In this document: positions 37,066-50,240 of the stretch, in pieces
Layout: every line of letters starts with the position of its first letter
Numbering within the stretch: the stretch's first letter is position 1
Assembly: GCA_951406725.2 (NCBI GenBank)
Contig: OX597816.1
Location: forward strand, 179,304,001-179,368,000
Direction: 5' to 3'
DNA from: Octopus vulgaris
Taxonomy: Eukaryota
DNA length: 64,000 nucleotides
Program-made: the position numbers and the translations under genes
The notes under the pieces: generated by a model
The model's database searches: none
Told to the model about the DNA's origin: nothing
What the model saw: the letters and a program-made list of their open reading frames with translations, nothing else

Positions 37066-38755
37066 TTCACCTGTGATTCACATATGAAATCTAGACCTTA
37101 CAAAAGTCAGATTCTTTTACAATGCTGCAGGTGACCTCTAAAATCTGTATAGTCATCAATGATAAGTGCCTTATTATTTCAAAGCCACTGAAAGAGCCTT
37201 GGAATGTTTCTAGTTTTTGATTAGTGTTTGCTAAGTTATGGGATTGCAGCATGGCAGATTGTGAAGAGGCAGTGGAAGAGCTCAACTCAGTCAATGGTGC
37301 TTCTTACTTTGATGCTGAGTGGAGGAATCTTTGAAGATCAATGGTCAGGACTACCAAGTTCTATGAGGAAAGGAACTGCAATAAATCCACAGCGATGACA
37401 TTCATTGTTGTGTAATCAGCTAATGAAAGATTCATTGTGACTCAAGCTCTCAGTTCAAATATGAATATTAGAATTGGAGAGAGTCACAGAGAGTCATGGG
37501 AATCCATGCAAAAAGTGCAACCAAGATGATGAGATGATGAACGTTTGCTTAGCTACAATCCGGTAGACCTATGATCAAAATTATTTCAGTCATGACTTAT
37601 CTTTTCAGGACTTCCATGATTGTTTTGTTGAGATCTGAAGTCAATTTTGAAAATCAGATTGGTGTGAAAATGACTCCATTTTACAATAATTTATACATTT
37701 TATTGACTTTGGAAAGCCACATAATGAAGTAAAGTTAAATTTGATTTGACCAAAGAATTGAGTTATCACAAAAAACAATACACACACTAGCCCACCTACA
37801 TTCCCAAATTGATCACAATTACAATTGTTAAATTACAAATAAATAAATAGAAATAAGGTTCTAGTATAGGTGCAAGACCTTATATGGGGAACCATATTCC
37901 AAATGGAATTCAAATTGCTCTACCAAACTAGCCTGGAAACATTCCTCATGGAAAAGTCTTCCCCAGAAGTTTTAAGTCTTAAATCAATTTGGATTGTAAA
38001 TAATCTACTACTTCACTTGAATTGCAACACTGAACTTCTATTAGGTAAACCATTTACCAGTTCTGTTAATCCCTACCAAATTGTAAATCGCAATTACATG
38101 ATTTTGGGTTCCACTTGAGTTTAAATCATTTCTGAACTGCTTGTTATAGACGTAATGTAAATGCTGGTTCTGTGGAGCCCAAAATGTCTTCAGGCATTCA
38201 GCTACATTTTAATAGTTTCTGGACACAACTCTTATCAAGTTTGACTTTAAATTAATTTATACCTCGAGTGGAGGCTACTCAGATTAAAGTCAATGCTTTA
38301 ATCTGTCTTTGCTATCTCATTATTAATTATCTTACCTTCAAATTCTTGAAGGTGGGTCCCCAGCATGGCTGTAATCTAATGGCAGAAATAAGCAAAAAGT
38401 AAAAGATAACAGAAATTAAAAAAGTTTTATTAATAATGTTTTTGTACATTGATAATTTAGGTGTGGCAGTGTTATGATAGTAAGGTTAAATTGCTGGACT
38501 ACAGATCATATAGTTATAAGTTCAGTTATTATTATTGTCATAATGTTCTAACATAGAGTAAGATATCTGACTTGTGACAATTTATCAGGAAAAAAAAAAA
38601 TTAATAAACTCCACTTTTTTTTGAAGATTGGCGATTATTGTTAGGAATGACAATCTCACAGTAAAACAATTGCTCCAAAAAACAAACTATCTCACCCTTG
38701 CAAGCTTGGAAAACAAACGAAAAAGTAGTTTTGGAAATTCATAAATTATACTAAA

Positions 38756-39150
38756 CTAGCAGTATCGCCTGGCATTGCTCGGGTTTGTAAGGGAAATAAC
38801 TATATAAGCATTTTTAGAGATGTAAAGTATAATAGCCATCTCAATATGGCTAACCACAAAGGGGGGGGTTACTGTAGCTTTTTACGTTCTGAGATTTAAT
38901 AATAAATTTTTAGAGAGTTACTTCCCTTATATATGCCAAAAATGCATTAAAAATGGGAAAAATTGATGGTAATTTTTTTTAAAAATCGTACACTCATCGT
39001 AGACGCGTGCTAATACCCAGAAGGGTTCGATATGAATCACGACTATAATATACCCGGTTTTGGTTACACTGCACCGCAAAATGTGGGAGTAGTTAGGAAT
39101 CTAAATCATAGGAGACAGACAGCGCACAACCTCTCTTTTATATATAAAGA
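38756..39150 (-). mobile_element. Non-autonomous Helitron (same family as 6223-6735)
   Basis: Minus strand A|TCTTTATATATAAAA..CCCGAGCAATGCCAGGCGATACTGCTAG|T; shares GATTTAGATTCCTAACTACTCCCACATTTTGCGG. Confidence 0.9.
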
Positions 39151-40593
39151 TTTATGAAGATTCCCAAAGAATCTTTTTGGATCTGGTTTATTTCTGAATG
39201 AAGGCATGTGGCTTAGTTGTTGAGTATTTGGCTCACAATTGAAAGATCTTCAGTTCAATTCCCAGCGATGCACTGTGTCTTTGAAGCAAGACACCACTAT
39301 AAGGTAAAACAGCATTGTAAAATTGATATTTTGCAGCCTAAAACATTGAGTTCAAGTCCTTGTAGGATCTAATGAAGACAAAAGGAAAGAATTTTATTAC
39401 ATTTCATCCTTGAGTTTTCATGGCTGCTTCCATTGACTTAATAAGATTACAAGATTACTGCATATATTAAAAGACAAAGCAGAAATATTCAAAATAATAT
39501 GAAGCAATTAGTATTTTTGTGTGGCCAATTAGACAAGATATCACTAATTAAGGAAATTTTGGATAGGCCAGAGAAAAATCTCACATTTAAATCAATTGTT
39601 TCCCAGTAACTTGTTCTAAAATTTGGAGAAAGTATTTATTGAATCCAAGAATACAAATACTTGTGATTGAAAATTGTTAGTAAGCAATTTATGAAGGAAA
39701 TTAATTCTACATTTAGTATCTTCTGGGATAAAAGTCCTTGTAAAGTAGAAGTGGGCTATATGTATGTTTTGGATTTTCATAAACAAGAAAAGAAAATTAT
39801 TTACCAAGCTTCATAAGAGTTTTGATTTTTTTTCTCACATAAAAGTACAGGTTAAAGCCAACTTCACTCTAAAAGTCATCTTAACTTTTTTTCTTGTAGA
39901 ACTTTATCCACAAGTGTCATAACTAAGTGGTCTCATACTGATAATGTCATGAAAGTTTAAATTGAAAATAATTTCCAATGAAACACTTTAAATTCGCACA
40001 AAGTGGTTTAATAGTTCAGAAATGTTTGACAGGCTCTTGTACACCATCTGCTGCTAATAATTACAAGCAATTTTTTAAAAAAAGAGTTGTAAACAAATAG
40101 GCTTTGCAAACTCATTTTAAATTAATTACACAAAATTTATAAATTTTTCATTCCAAACTTATAACCATATTTTCTGCACTATTACTAGGGTGAAACTCTT
40201 TCAAAAAATCTTTTTTTTTTTTATTTAACTATTTGTTTCACAAACATTTTATAAAATTATTTACCTAAAAGACAGTTTTTTCCATGAATACTTTTATTGT
40301 TAGAAAAATTAACAGTTGTTGTTTATGCTATGAAATTTTCACCAGTGGCAATGAGGGAAACCAAACATCTAGTTATGTTCCAAGTCAACCATATTACTTC
40401 ACACTTTCAACTAAAAAATATTCCAGCTGAAACCTTTCTATCTTTTATAGTTATGTTGTATTATATTATCTAATGAATCCTTCCTTTTTTTAAGACACTA
40501 GAGCAGAATTTAAGAGACATTTGGCTCCTTCTTGCAGGTTATGCAACTTTATTAAAAAAGGAAAATGATATTGAAACAAAACTACACTATATA

Positions 40594-40808
40594 TTGGTTT
40601 CAAATTTTGGCACAAGGCCTGCAATTTTGGGGAAGTGGGGTAAGTTGATTACATTGACTCCAGTGCTCAACTGGTACTTATTTATTAACCCTAAAAGGAT
40701 GAAAGGCAAAGTTTACCTTGGTAGAATTTGAATACAGAATGTGGAGATGGACAAAATGCCACAAAGCATTTTGGCCAGTATGCTACCAATTCTGCCAGCT
40801 CACCACCT
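40594..40808 (-). mobile_element. Nin-type SINE
   Basis: GGTTTCAAATTTTGGCACAAGG..AAAGGATGAAAGGCAAAG..CTGCCAGCTCACC. Confidence 0.85.
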
Positions 40809-41120
40809 CCCTTGTACATTAGACTGAATTTTAGAATTAATACAAAGCTATGTTTATAAACAATAAAATACCACAAGCATAAGAAATACATTTCTTGCAC
40901 TTTACTGCAATATACTCTTCTAATCTTTAAAATTCCATACAATTGTTTTTTTTTATTTTACTGTTTTCCCATTCATACTTTACATAGTGACAGCATGTGA
41001 ACAAGAAAACATAAAGTCAATTAGTTTCTATACTGTTTCTGACTGCTAAGTTATCATTTGGTTGAATGAATTTATGTTGTTTGGATTATAAATGAAAAAT
41101 ACATCTGTATCACATAAGTG

Positions 41121-41290
41121 AAGGCACATAGCTCAGTGGTTAAAGGGTTGGGATTACAATCATGAGGTAGTAAGTTTGATTCCTGGACCAGGCTGTGTGT
41201 TGTGTTCTTGAGGAAGACACTTTATTTCCCGTTGCTCCAGTTCACTCAGCTGTAGAAATGAATTGCAGCATCACTGGTGCAAAGCTGTAT
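41121..41290 (+). mobile_element. tRNA-derived CORE SINE (second family)
   Basis: TAGCTCAGTGGTTAA (A box), AGTTTGATTCCT (B box), GTGTTCTTGAGGAAGACACTTT. Confidence 0.75.
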
Positions 41291-42629
41291 TAGTCTCTGG
41301 TTGGTATGCATGGATGACTGGTGGTCTTCCTTATGCATTCCAAAACTGAGTTGCCGTTTTTGACATATGGGGTATGAAAAGATTCAGTAAGCTTTTGGCT
41401 ACCAACTAAACTATATTTTCATTCACTTATTTACATTACAAAAATTTAAGATGATAATCTTAAATTTTTTCTTTCAGTCATTTATTGTAAATGACATCTT
41501 TTACCACCACCAACACCACAACAACGATGACGTCACATTTTCTATATGTGTTCGCATGTTCGTTACGTACGTTAGGCTGATGACTGACAAATATGTGTGT
41601 GACAGTGTTACTGTCTGTCAGTATACATACATTTTTGTGGTGACTGACACACCACACATCTAAAGACACACACACACAGGGACAGAGAGAGACACGAGGT
41701 GTGCGTTAATGTCTGTGTGTGTGTGTGTGTCTTAGTATATGTATGTGACTTCCACCCATCCAACAGTGAAACACACTGATATTGAAAGTTACAACAACTA
41801 GGTTCCATTAGAAAGTGAAAATAGTTTCACACTTTCAATTTCAACCAAAATTACATTGATCAAGTATGAGATAGACGATGTGTGAATAATGAGAGTAATG
41901 TTTCTCTGAATTAGTCACATCTGTATTATAATAAAGAAAGTTGTTAGGCAATCTTTCGTTTTGACTTGTAGAGCTGTCATCTGTGTTCATTAATTTCCGT
42001 AAAAATTTTTATTTATTCCCTTTTGTTTTAAAGTGAAAGTGAGGAGAAAATGAAAGACATGTGACCTTTCAGAGATTAAAAGGCTGGCTTTTGCAAATGT
42101 TATATCTATATAATATAATACATGCATTACATGTGTACATAAATACCTGTACATACATGAGACATTGTATCAAAATAAAATTATCCATTAATGTAGATAT
42201 TTTAAACTCACACATACACATACCCTACAGCCAAAATTCTGGGTAAAAAGCATTGAAAAACCTACTTTTACAGATACAAGATTTGTTTATATTGCATACA
42301 TATTCAAGTATTATACTCTATTAATCAGAGTGGATAATGCTTTTTCTCCCCACAACCTATGTCATTTTCTTCATATTCCCAGTTTTTCTGCTGCAATTAT
42401 CATATCTCCCAGAACTACTGTCAGCGCTTTGCTTTTCTACTCTTCAACTTCTTTCTCTGCACTTCATGGAATTATAATTTTCTCTATGTCACCATCCTAT
42501 TTCAGCAATGTTACCCTTTCATTTAAACAATGCTTCCATCTTCTCAAAACAGTTTGTCCACTTTATCTTCCAAGCATTTTACTCCAGTTATGTTGCTTCT
42601 CTCTTTTGCTAGCCCTCACCCTCACCACC

Positions 42630-42660
<31 letters not shown>

Positions 42661-42809
42661 ACTCACCCTCACCACTAGTTTAGAACTGAAGCTGCTTTGT
42701 TTACATCCTAGTAAGTTAGTGGTTTGGTGAAAGAGACCGATGGAATAAATATCAGTCTTAAAATACTGGGGCTGATTTGTTTGAATAAACATCTGTCTTT
42801 GATCATTTA

Positions 42810-43708
42810 TGAGGTCTGATCAATAAGTATCCGGACTGTTGCCATAGTAACAAAGCTAAAGCATGCAGAGTAAAGTCACTTGGCAAAGATTGACCTTGAG
42901 CTCTGTTGTGCACGTGCACTAAATTTTAACATTCTAGCTCACTTCTGCTGTTTACAAAAGTGCTTACAAGGAAGGTGTGTAGCGTGTGATTATTACAGTG
43001 ACCATGACATAGAAAGTTGTCATGGCGATACTTGCTCAGAGGCCTATGCAAAGCTTCAGAAAGTGTATGGAGAAGAGTGCGTGAGCTGCATACGAGTGTA
43101 TGAGGGGGGTCAGATGTTTCCAAGATGGCTGAAAAAATGTCCATATTGAGAAACATTCTGGGAGTTCCACAACAAGCAGAACTGAGAAAAACATTGCAGA
43201 TGTGTGTGTGCAGCTGTGAGGGGAAATCGTTCAATCACCATCCATGAGTTATCTGAGGACGTGCAGATTAGTTACGGTTCAGTTCAGTCTATAACCACTG
43301 AAGATTTGGGTATGAGACACATGTCTGCCAAGTTTGTGCTAAAACTGCTTTCAACTGACCAAAAGGACACTCGGGTTTCAGTTGCACAAGATCTCATTGA
43401 TTGTGTCAAGAATGACGAAAACTTTTTGAAAACTTTGCGTAGGCCTCTGAGCAAGTATGGCCAAGCTTTTGGAAAAATTTGATGCAGATTCTCTACTCAA
43501 CTTTCTCTGTCATGGTCAATGTGCTGATCACACGCTACACACCTTCCTTCCAAGCACTGCTGTACACAGTGGAAGTGAGCTAGAATGTTAAAACTTAGTG
43601 TTCATGCACAGCCAGTGTTCAAGGTCAATCTGTACCCAACATCTTCACTCTGCGTGCTTTAGCTTCATTACTATGGTAACAGTCTGGATACTTATTGATC
43701 AGACCATG
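42810..43708. mobile_element. Fold-back non-autonomous mariner derivative built from two left ends
   Basis: TA|TGAGGTCTGATCAATAAGTATCC..GGATACTTATTGATCAGACCATG|TA; inverted arms longer than 200 bp; transposase N-terminal relic (TCSEAYAKLQKVYGEE, ITIHELSEDV, SAKFVLKLLS) on + and an inverted MTEKVE*RICIKFFQKLGHTCSEAYAK on -. Confidence 0.85.
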
Positions 43709-44944
43709 TATGAATGCTGAAAGATTTCCTGTGCTGTTCTTAACTCTTTTTGTTTTGCAGCCTTTTAATATTGTTGTCTTATAACTTTCATGCATTGCCT
43801 CTGCTGCTTCCATACCACATCTCTCTATCATTGCCTGAATCTGTTCCTCTTTTAATCAATCCTCTTTCCAACTTCATCTCACCATTTTGTTCTCAAATAT
43901 CTTACAATCCTCTTGTCCATCCACAAATATCAATGGCTCACATCATATGCTTTACAATATTCAGCTTACACACATGCATGCACACACCCACACACATGCA
44001 TATGTAAATGTGTGCATATAGAGAAATCAATGCATGTGTAAAAATAAGTCTCCTTAAAAATTATTACGTGCTTTTGTTTTTTAATCTGTTTATCACTTGG
44101 CTGAAGGATGAAAGGAAGAAGAGATCTGATTCAAATACTCACAATAGAGTGGACTTTGTTAAATGATCCCAAGGACCAGGTGTCAGTATTAAACTGGGTG
44201 AATGCTACTCGGATATACAAATGAGGCACTCATCAAAATATGCAAAAATATGAATCTAGCTGAACAGGTGGCTATTCACATAAATACTATGATCAGCAAA
44301 AATAAATAGATTGTTCTTCAAACAATATAAGCTTTGATTGGAATCATGATTTTATACAATAATTACATCCCAGTACCATTCACTTAAAGTAGGTAATCTC
44401 TAACATTATTCTTTTCCTGCCCCTCTGCCTTTTTATTACCTTATAATTAATTTCTGTTCTAGTTGAAAATAAAGTGTGCTTAAGCTAATTCCATGCAGCT
44501 GTCAACAAAGAAAGTGAGCGGAAAAGGTATTACTATTGTTATAGTTAATCTCACAACCAAAGGCATGTGTTATGGATACAGTGAAAATTCATGCGCATGG
44601 TTTTGTTTTAATCTAATAAGAACTTTATTTTATTTTCCTTTAACCAACTCTGAAGATAATGCAACAGTTTAAAATGATTGTTTTCTAAGTCTGGCTCTCT
44701 CAGATGATTATTAGGTAAATGAACCACAGCACATTATGACCTCAGATTATTACAATTTAGGCTTACTCCTTTAATTTACATGTCTCCAATCAATACATTC
44801 AATAAATGTCATATTGCCATATCTAATAATAATCTATATGCTATTTAATTTTCAGCAGCATTGTAGGTGGTAGGTTTTTAGAAAGATTGACTCTGTGGTC
44901 CTTTCAAAAAAATTGTATTACATTAATATTATTATTACTAATTT

Positions 44945-45270
44945 GGCGAGCTGGCTGAATCATTAGCATGCCAGGCAAAATGCTTGGCAGCATTTCGTCT
45001 GAGTTCAAATTCTGCCGAGGTTGACTTTGCCTTTCATCCTTTTGGGATTGATAGAATAAGTATCAGTTGAACACTGGGGTTGGTGTAACTGACTCATTTC
45101 CACCCCCAAAGTTGCTACCCTTGTGGCAAAATTTGAAACCTTTATTATTATTATTATTAGTAAAGCAGCGAAAGTGGTGACCTAGCAGAATCGTTAGCTG
45201 GACAAAATGCTTAGCAATATTTCGCCTGGCATCACTTTCTGAGTTCAAATTCCACCAAGGTCAACTTCAC
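44945..45270 (+). mobile_element. Nin-type SINE plus a partial second copy
   Basis: GGCGAGCTGGCTGAATCATTAGC..GCCTTTCATCCTTTTGGG; second head at about 45172-45268. Confidence 0.8.
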
Positions 45271-45389
45271 TGGAAGGCTTGGAGAATGGTGCATTGGGGT
45301 GGTGGGGTGGTGGGGTGGTAGGTGAGGGGGAAATGAGAGACAGGAGATGGCGGGGTGGGTGTGGGGGAGAGAGCAGATGCACGATCCAT
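45268..45389 (-). mobile_element. Fragment of the Penelope-like family seen at 14790-16080
   Basis: Reverse complement resembles 14859-14981 (TCTGCTCTCTC..CCTCACCTACCACCCC..AATGCACCATTCTC..GCCTTCCAGTG). Confidence 0.7.
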
Positions 45390-45589
45390 CTTGCCTGAAG
45401 AAAATTCTAACTGTTTATCTTAATATGAGATCACCATACTGCACACATATGGTTGTGATGCATGTGCCTGGTGTACCCCTAACAGATGGGTAGCCAATGT
45501 GGGTATACTCGGCTTTGTATATTTTACCCCAGTGTCACTTTGATTGCATGCACTGCTCTCTCACTCAATGATGATGATGATGATGATGA

Positions 45590-46460
<871 letters not shown>

Positions 46461-46470
46461 AATGATGATG

Positions 46471-46521
<51 letters not shown>

Positions 46522-46550
46522 TTAATAATCATAATATTAATAATCATAAC

Positions 46551-47249
46551 AAAATCCCACAGGATCTTTGCATTATCATTTTCGATGATGCCTCTGGGTT
46601 TGTGGTCGTGCCAATCTTTTGCTCTGTCAAGCCCATACTTGTTGCAAAGTGTCCAATGGACAAGCCTTGCTATATTGTCATGGCATCTCTTATATTCCTT
46701 CTGGGCCAGTGGCATACATTGGCTGGTAATATGCAATACGGTTTCACCATTTTGTCCACAGATTCTGCACTTATCCCTTTCTGATGTGTTGTCTGTGCTG
46801 TATATTATGTAGTTTGTTCTTAGTGCTTGCTCTTGGGCAGCACAGATTAGAGCCTCAGTTTCCGGTTTTAAATCACTTTTAGTCATCCACAGCCATCTCT
46901 TTTCTCTGTCTTATCTTCAACATCCCTATGAAATTGACCATGCATTCTTTTCTTTACCCACCTATTTTCAGTTTCATTCGTTTTCAATTGCTTGTATAGT
47001 GCTTTATCTTTGCAATCTTTCATCCTACACAGGCCTGACCATCTTACTTCTAATAATAGTGGTTCTGTGGCATTTCTTACATACCATGTTATGTTGCTTT
47101 CTTCTGCTCTAATGCTGTGTTTGCATCCAATAAGTCCTCCTCCCCCTCTTTTTCTTGGTACATACAGCCTGTCTGTGTCACTTTTTGGGTGGAGTGTCCC
47201 CATATCTAGTTAGCAACTTCCTTTCTGTCTAAGCTGTTTAGTTCGTCTA
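46551..47249 (-). mobile_element. R4/Dong-like LINE fragment (RT thumb and CCHC knuckle)
   Basis: LHPKSDTDRLYVPRKRGGGGL, KRMHGQF, ETEALICAAQEQALRTN, CRICGQNGETVLHITSQC and AKILWDF; adjoins (AAT)n. Confidence 0.9.
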
Positions 47250-47254
47250 ACAAA

Positions 47255-47663
47255 AATAATAATGTGGTATTTTAACATTCAGGCTGACAAAGTAATAGAA
47301 ACTAGAAGGCCTGATTTAGAAGTAGTTGGTGAAGACAATAGAAAATGCCAGGTAATAGTCTTTAGAGCCCTAAATGATGAGAAAGTCAATATGAGAGGTA
47401 TTATAGAGAAAATAGCAAAGCATCAGGACCGAGCCATTGAGTTACAGAGGTTATGGAAAGTGCAAGTAAGATGTATCCCTGTAGTTATAGGTGCATAAGG
47501 AACTAACCCTAAAGATTTGAACAAATGGATAAAGGAAACCTAGTTTAGTGCAACTCCAGAAAACAGTATTATTAGTGACAGCTCGGATACTTAGGAAGGT
47601 TCTTGGCATCTAAAGTTACATGTAGCCTGATGTATATGAAATGATAATAATAATAATAATAAT
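47255..47663 (+). mobile_element. R4/Dong-like LINE 3' end (restriction-like endonuclease) with (AAT)n tail
   Basis: WYFNIQADKVIETRRPDL, EKIAKHQD, IELQRLW, IPVVIGA and LQKTVLLVTARILRKVL. Confidence 0.85.
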
Positions 47664-47699
47664 ACATCCACAGACAAGTATAATACAAGAAATATCAAC

Positions 47700-48220
47700 A
47701 GAGAGGAGATGGTATAGGCAAGAGACTATTAGCAAAGCAATAGGGATATGTCACTATACAAATAGGGAGAACAAAGCAAATCATTGTTAGGGATAACTAG
47801 GAAAAGAATTGCTTCATAATCGGCATATCAGTCCCAACAGATAATAATATATCTTTAAAAGAAACTAAATATAAGGATCTGAAAATAGAGGTAATCTGAA
47901 TGTTGGGCCTGAAAACAAAAGTAATCTCTATAAGGTGCTGCAAGAATGATAAAAAAAACCCAAAAAAACATGCAGTTAACTCTATACCTAAACCCTCTGG
48001 ACTTAAAAATATACATAATATACACAAAACAACACTGTTAACACAACATGCACATTATGTAGAACACTTTCAATAGAGAAAAATATAACAAAATCTAAAC
48101 AAAATACTGCACATATCCAAGGCAGACAAAGTTGTGCACAGAACAAGCAATAAAACTAAAACTGCTAAATAGAAATAATAACAATAAGAACAACAGAAAC
48201 AATAATAATAATAATAATAA
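47700..48220 (+). mobile_element. Older R4/Dong-like RLE fragment
   Basis: CFIIGISVPTDNNISLKETKYKDLKIEV-like relic, ending in AAT/AAC repeats. Confidence 0.55.
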
Positions 48221-48221
48221 G

Positions 48222-48705
48222 CCTTTCTATTAAAGGCACAAGGCCTGAAATTTGGGTGGAGGAAACTTGTCGATTACCAGTGTTTCACTGATACTTAATT
48301 TATTGACCTGAGGAGAATTTGAAGTCAGACTGTAGTGAGAGATGAAATACTGCTAAGCATTTCATTCATGTGGCTAACAATTCTGCCAGCTTGCCACCTT
48401 AACAACAACAATAACATTTATAGTTTCAAATTTTGGCACTGGGCCAGCAATTTTAGTGGGAGGGGGTTAGTTGATTATCTCAACTTCAGTGCATGACTGA
48501 TAATAATAATGGTTTCAAATTTTGGCACAAGGCCAGCAAGTTTAGGGGAGGGGATAAGTCAATTACATATACCCCAGTGCTTTGGAACTTATTTTATCAA
48601 CTCCAAAAGGATGAAAGGTAAAGTTAACCTTGGCAGAATTTGAACTCTAAATGCCACTAAGCATTTTGCCTGGCATGCTAATGATTCTACCTGCTTGCTT
48701 CCTTA
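48222..48705 (-). mobile_element. Cluster of Nin-type SINE copies
   Basis: Copies at about 48222-48400, 48422-48497 and 48510-48705. Confidence 0.75.
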
Positions 48706-48723
48706 CTGGTACTTTTAATAACT

Positions 48724-48935
48724 GGCATGGCTGTGTGGTAAGAAACTTGCTTCCCAATCACATAGTTCTGGGTTCAGTCCCACTGCATGGCACCTTGGGA
48801 AGGTATCTTTTACTATAGCCCCTGGCCAACTAAGGCCTTGTGAGTGGATATGGAAACTGAAAGAAGCCTGTTGTATATATATATTTCTGTGTTTGTCTTT
48901 GTGTCTGTATTTGTCCCCCACTGCTGCTTGATAAC
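48724..48935 (+). mobile_element. CORE-type SINE, 5' part
   Basis: GGCATGGCTGTGTGGTAAG..GGGTTCAGTCCCACTGC..GGAAACTGAAAGAAGCC. Confidence 0.8.
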
Positions 48936-49202
48936 TATTTAGAATAATCTAAATAATGCTAAAGTGTCAAAAATGTTTAGGAAAACTTGTCTTAGAGGAA
49001 AAGATCTATCATCAAATCTTCCAACTAAGTCTAGCATGCCACTTCATACATCCTGACCATCAGACAGAGGAAGACTTATCTGATCGTCCTTGTTAAAAGA
49101 AGGTAATGATTTGATTTTTCTTGATAGAATAGACTGACAGCTGGATCTATCTTGAAGAAGTTTATATACAACCAAATTTTGTAAGAAAGTAGTGTAATTT
49201 AT

Positions 49203-49810
49203 TGATTTCAAATTTTGATACAAGGCCAGCAATTTTAGGAGAATGGGTGAGTTGATTAAATCAATGTCAATACTCAATTTTATTGACCCTGAAAGGATGA
49301 AAGGCAGTCAACCTCAGTGGAATTTGAACTCAGAAAGTGAAAACAGATGAAATGCTGCCAATGCCAACTCGCTGCCTAAAAGTAGTGTAATGGATAGAAA
49401 TACAATCAGATATGGTGAGTTCTTTTATCAACCTAAGACAGCTAACTTTTTTAAAATTAAACCTGAAATAACAGGAATTGATTTTACAATTTTATCTCTC
49501 TGGATTGAGAAGGTAAATTAACAGTAATTATGCTATTTATTTTAGCAGTATTATACCTCTTTTGTACACTAATTGGCCTTGTTCCCAACCAAAATATTCT
49601 TTTCCAATTTTGGTACAAGGCCAGCAATTTCAGAGGAGGCAAAAGTCAATGTAATTGATTCCAATGATCAACTGGTATTTATTTTATCAACTCCTGAAGG
49701 ATGAAAGATAAAGTTGACCTTAGCAGAATTTGAACTCAGAACATAAAGATGAATGAAATGCTGCTAAGCATTTTGCTCAGTGTGCTAACAGTTCTGCCAG
49801 CTCATTGCTT
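49203..49810 (-). mobile_element. Two Nin-type SINEs
   Basis: Copies at about 49203-49378 and 49598-49810. Confidence 0.75.
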
Positions 49811-50240
49811 TGTTGCTAACCAAAATATCAGCCATGTGCTTAGCTCCTCATTTCCTCAACTAGTAGCATCATTAATTGTTTTGTTTGTATCAGTAGCAAA
49901 ATGTGCATCCCACAATGTTGTGAGTAGATAGAATTGATAAAACTTTCAAATAACAAACCTCATAATGACAGCAATTAATTAAGCCATCAGAGGGATATTC
50001 TGAGATGGAATATGCGAAGAATTATTTCTTTTATGTTGGATATGAAAAGCATGTTGAGTACTGTGGTCAAATTATTTCTAGTGGAGGATACTGAGATGCA
50101 ATGAGGAATGTTTGTAATAAAGTGAACAGCAGAAAAAGATGAAAGAGCAACAAATAGAAGAGGAAGGAAGAAAAATACAAATGACTTGTGCCAAATCTTA
50201 AAGACTAAGCTATTATAAAGCTGATCTTGCTACTGTAGAC

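Noticed and set aside
37860-38330. Possible old LINE coding relic on the minus strand
   Set aside because: No diagnostic motif could be read with confidence
41121-41195. tRNA gene
   Set aside because: A and B boxes are present but there is no cloverleaf, and it continues into a CORE domain, so it is a SINE head
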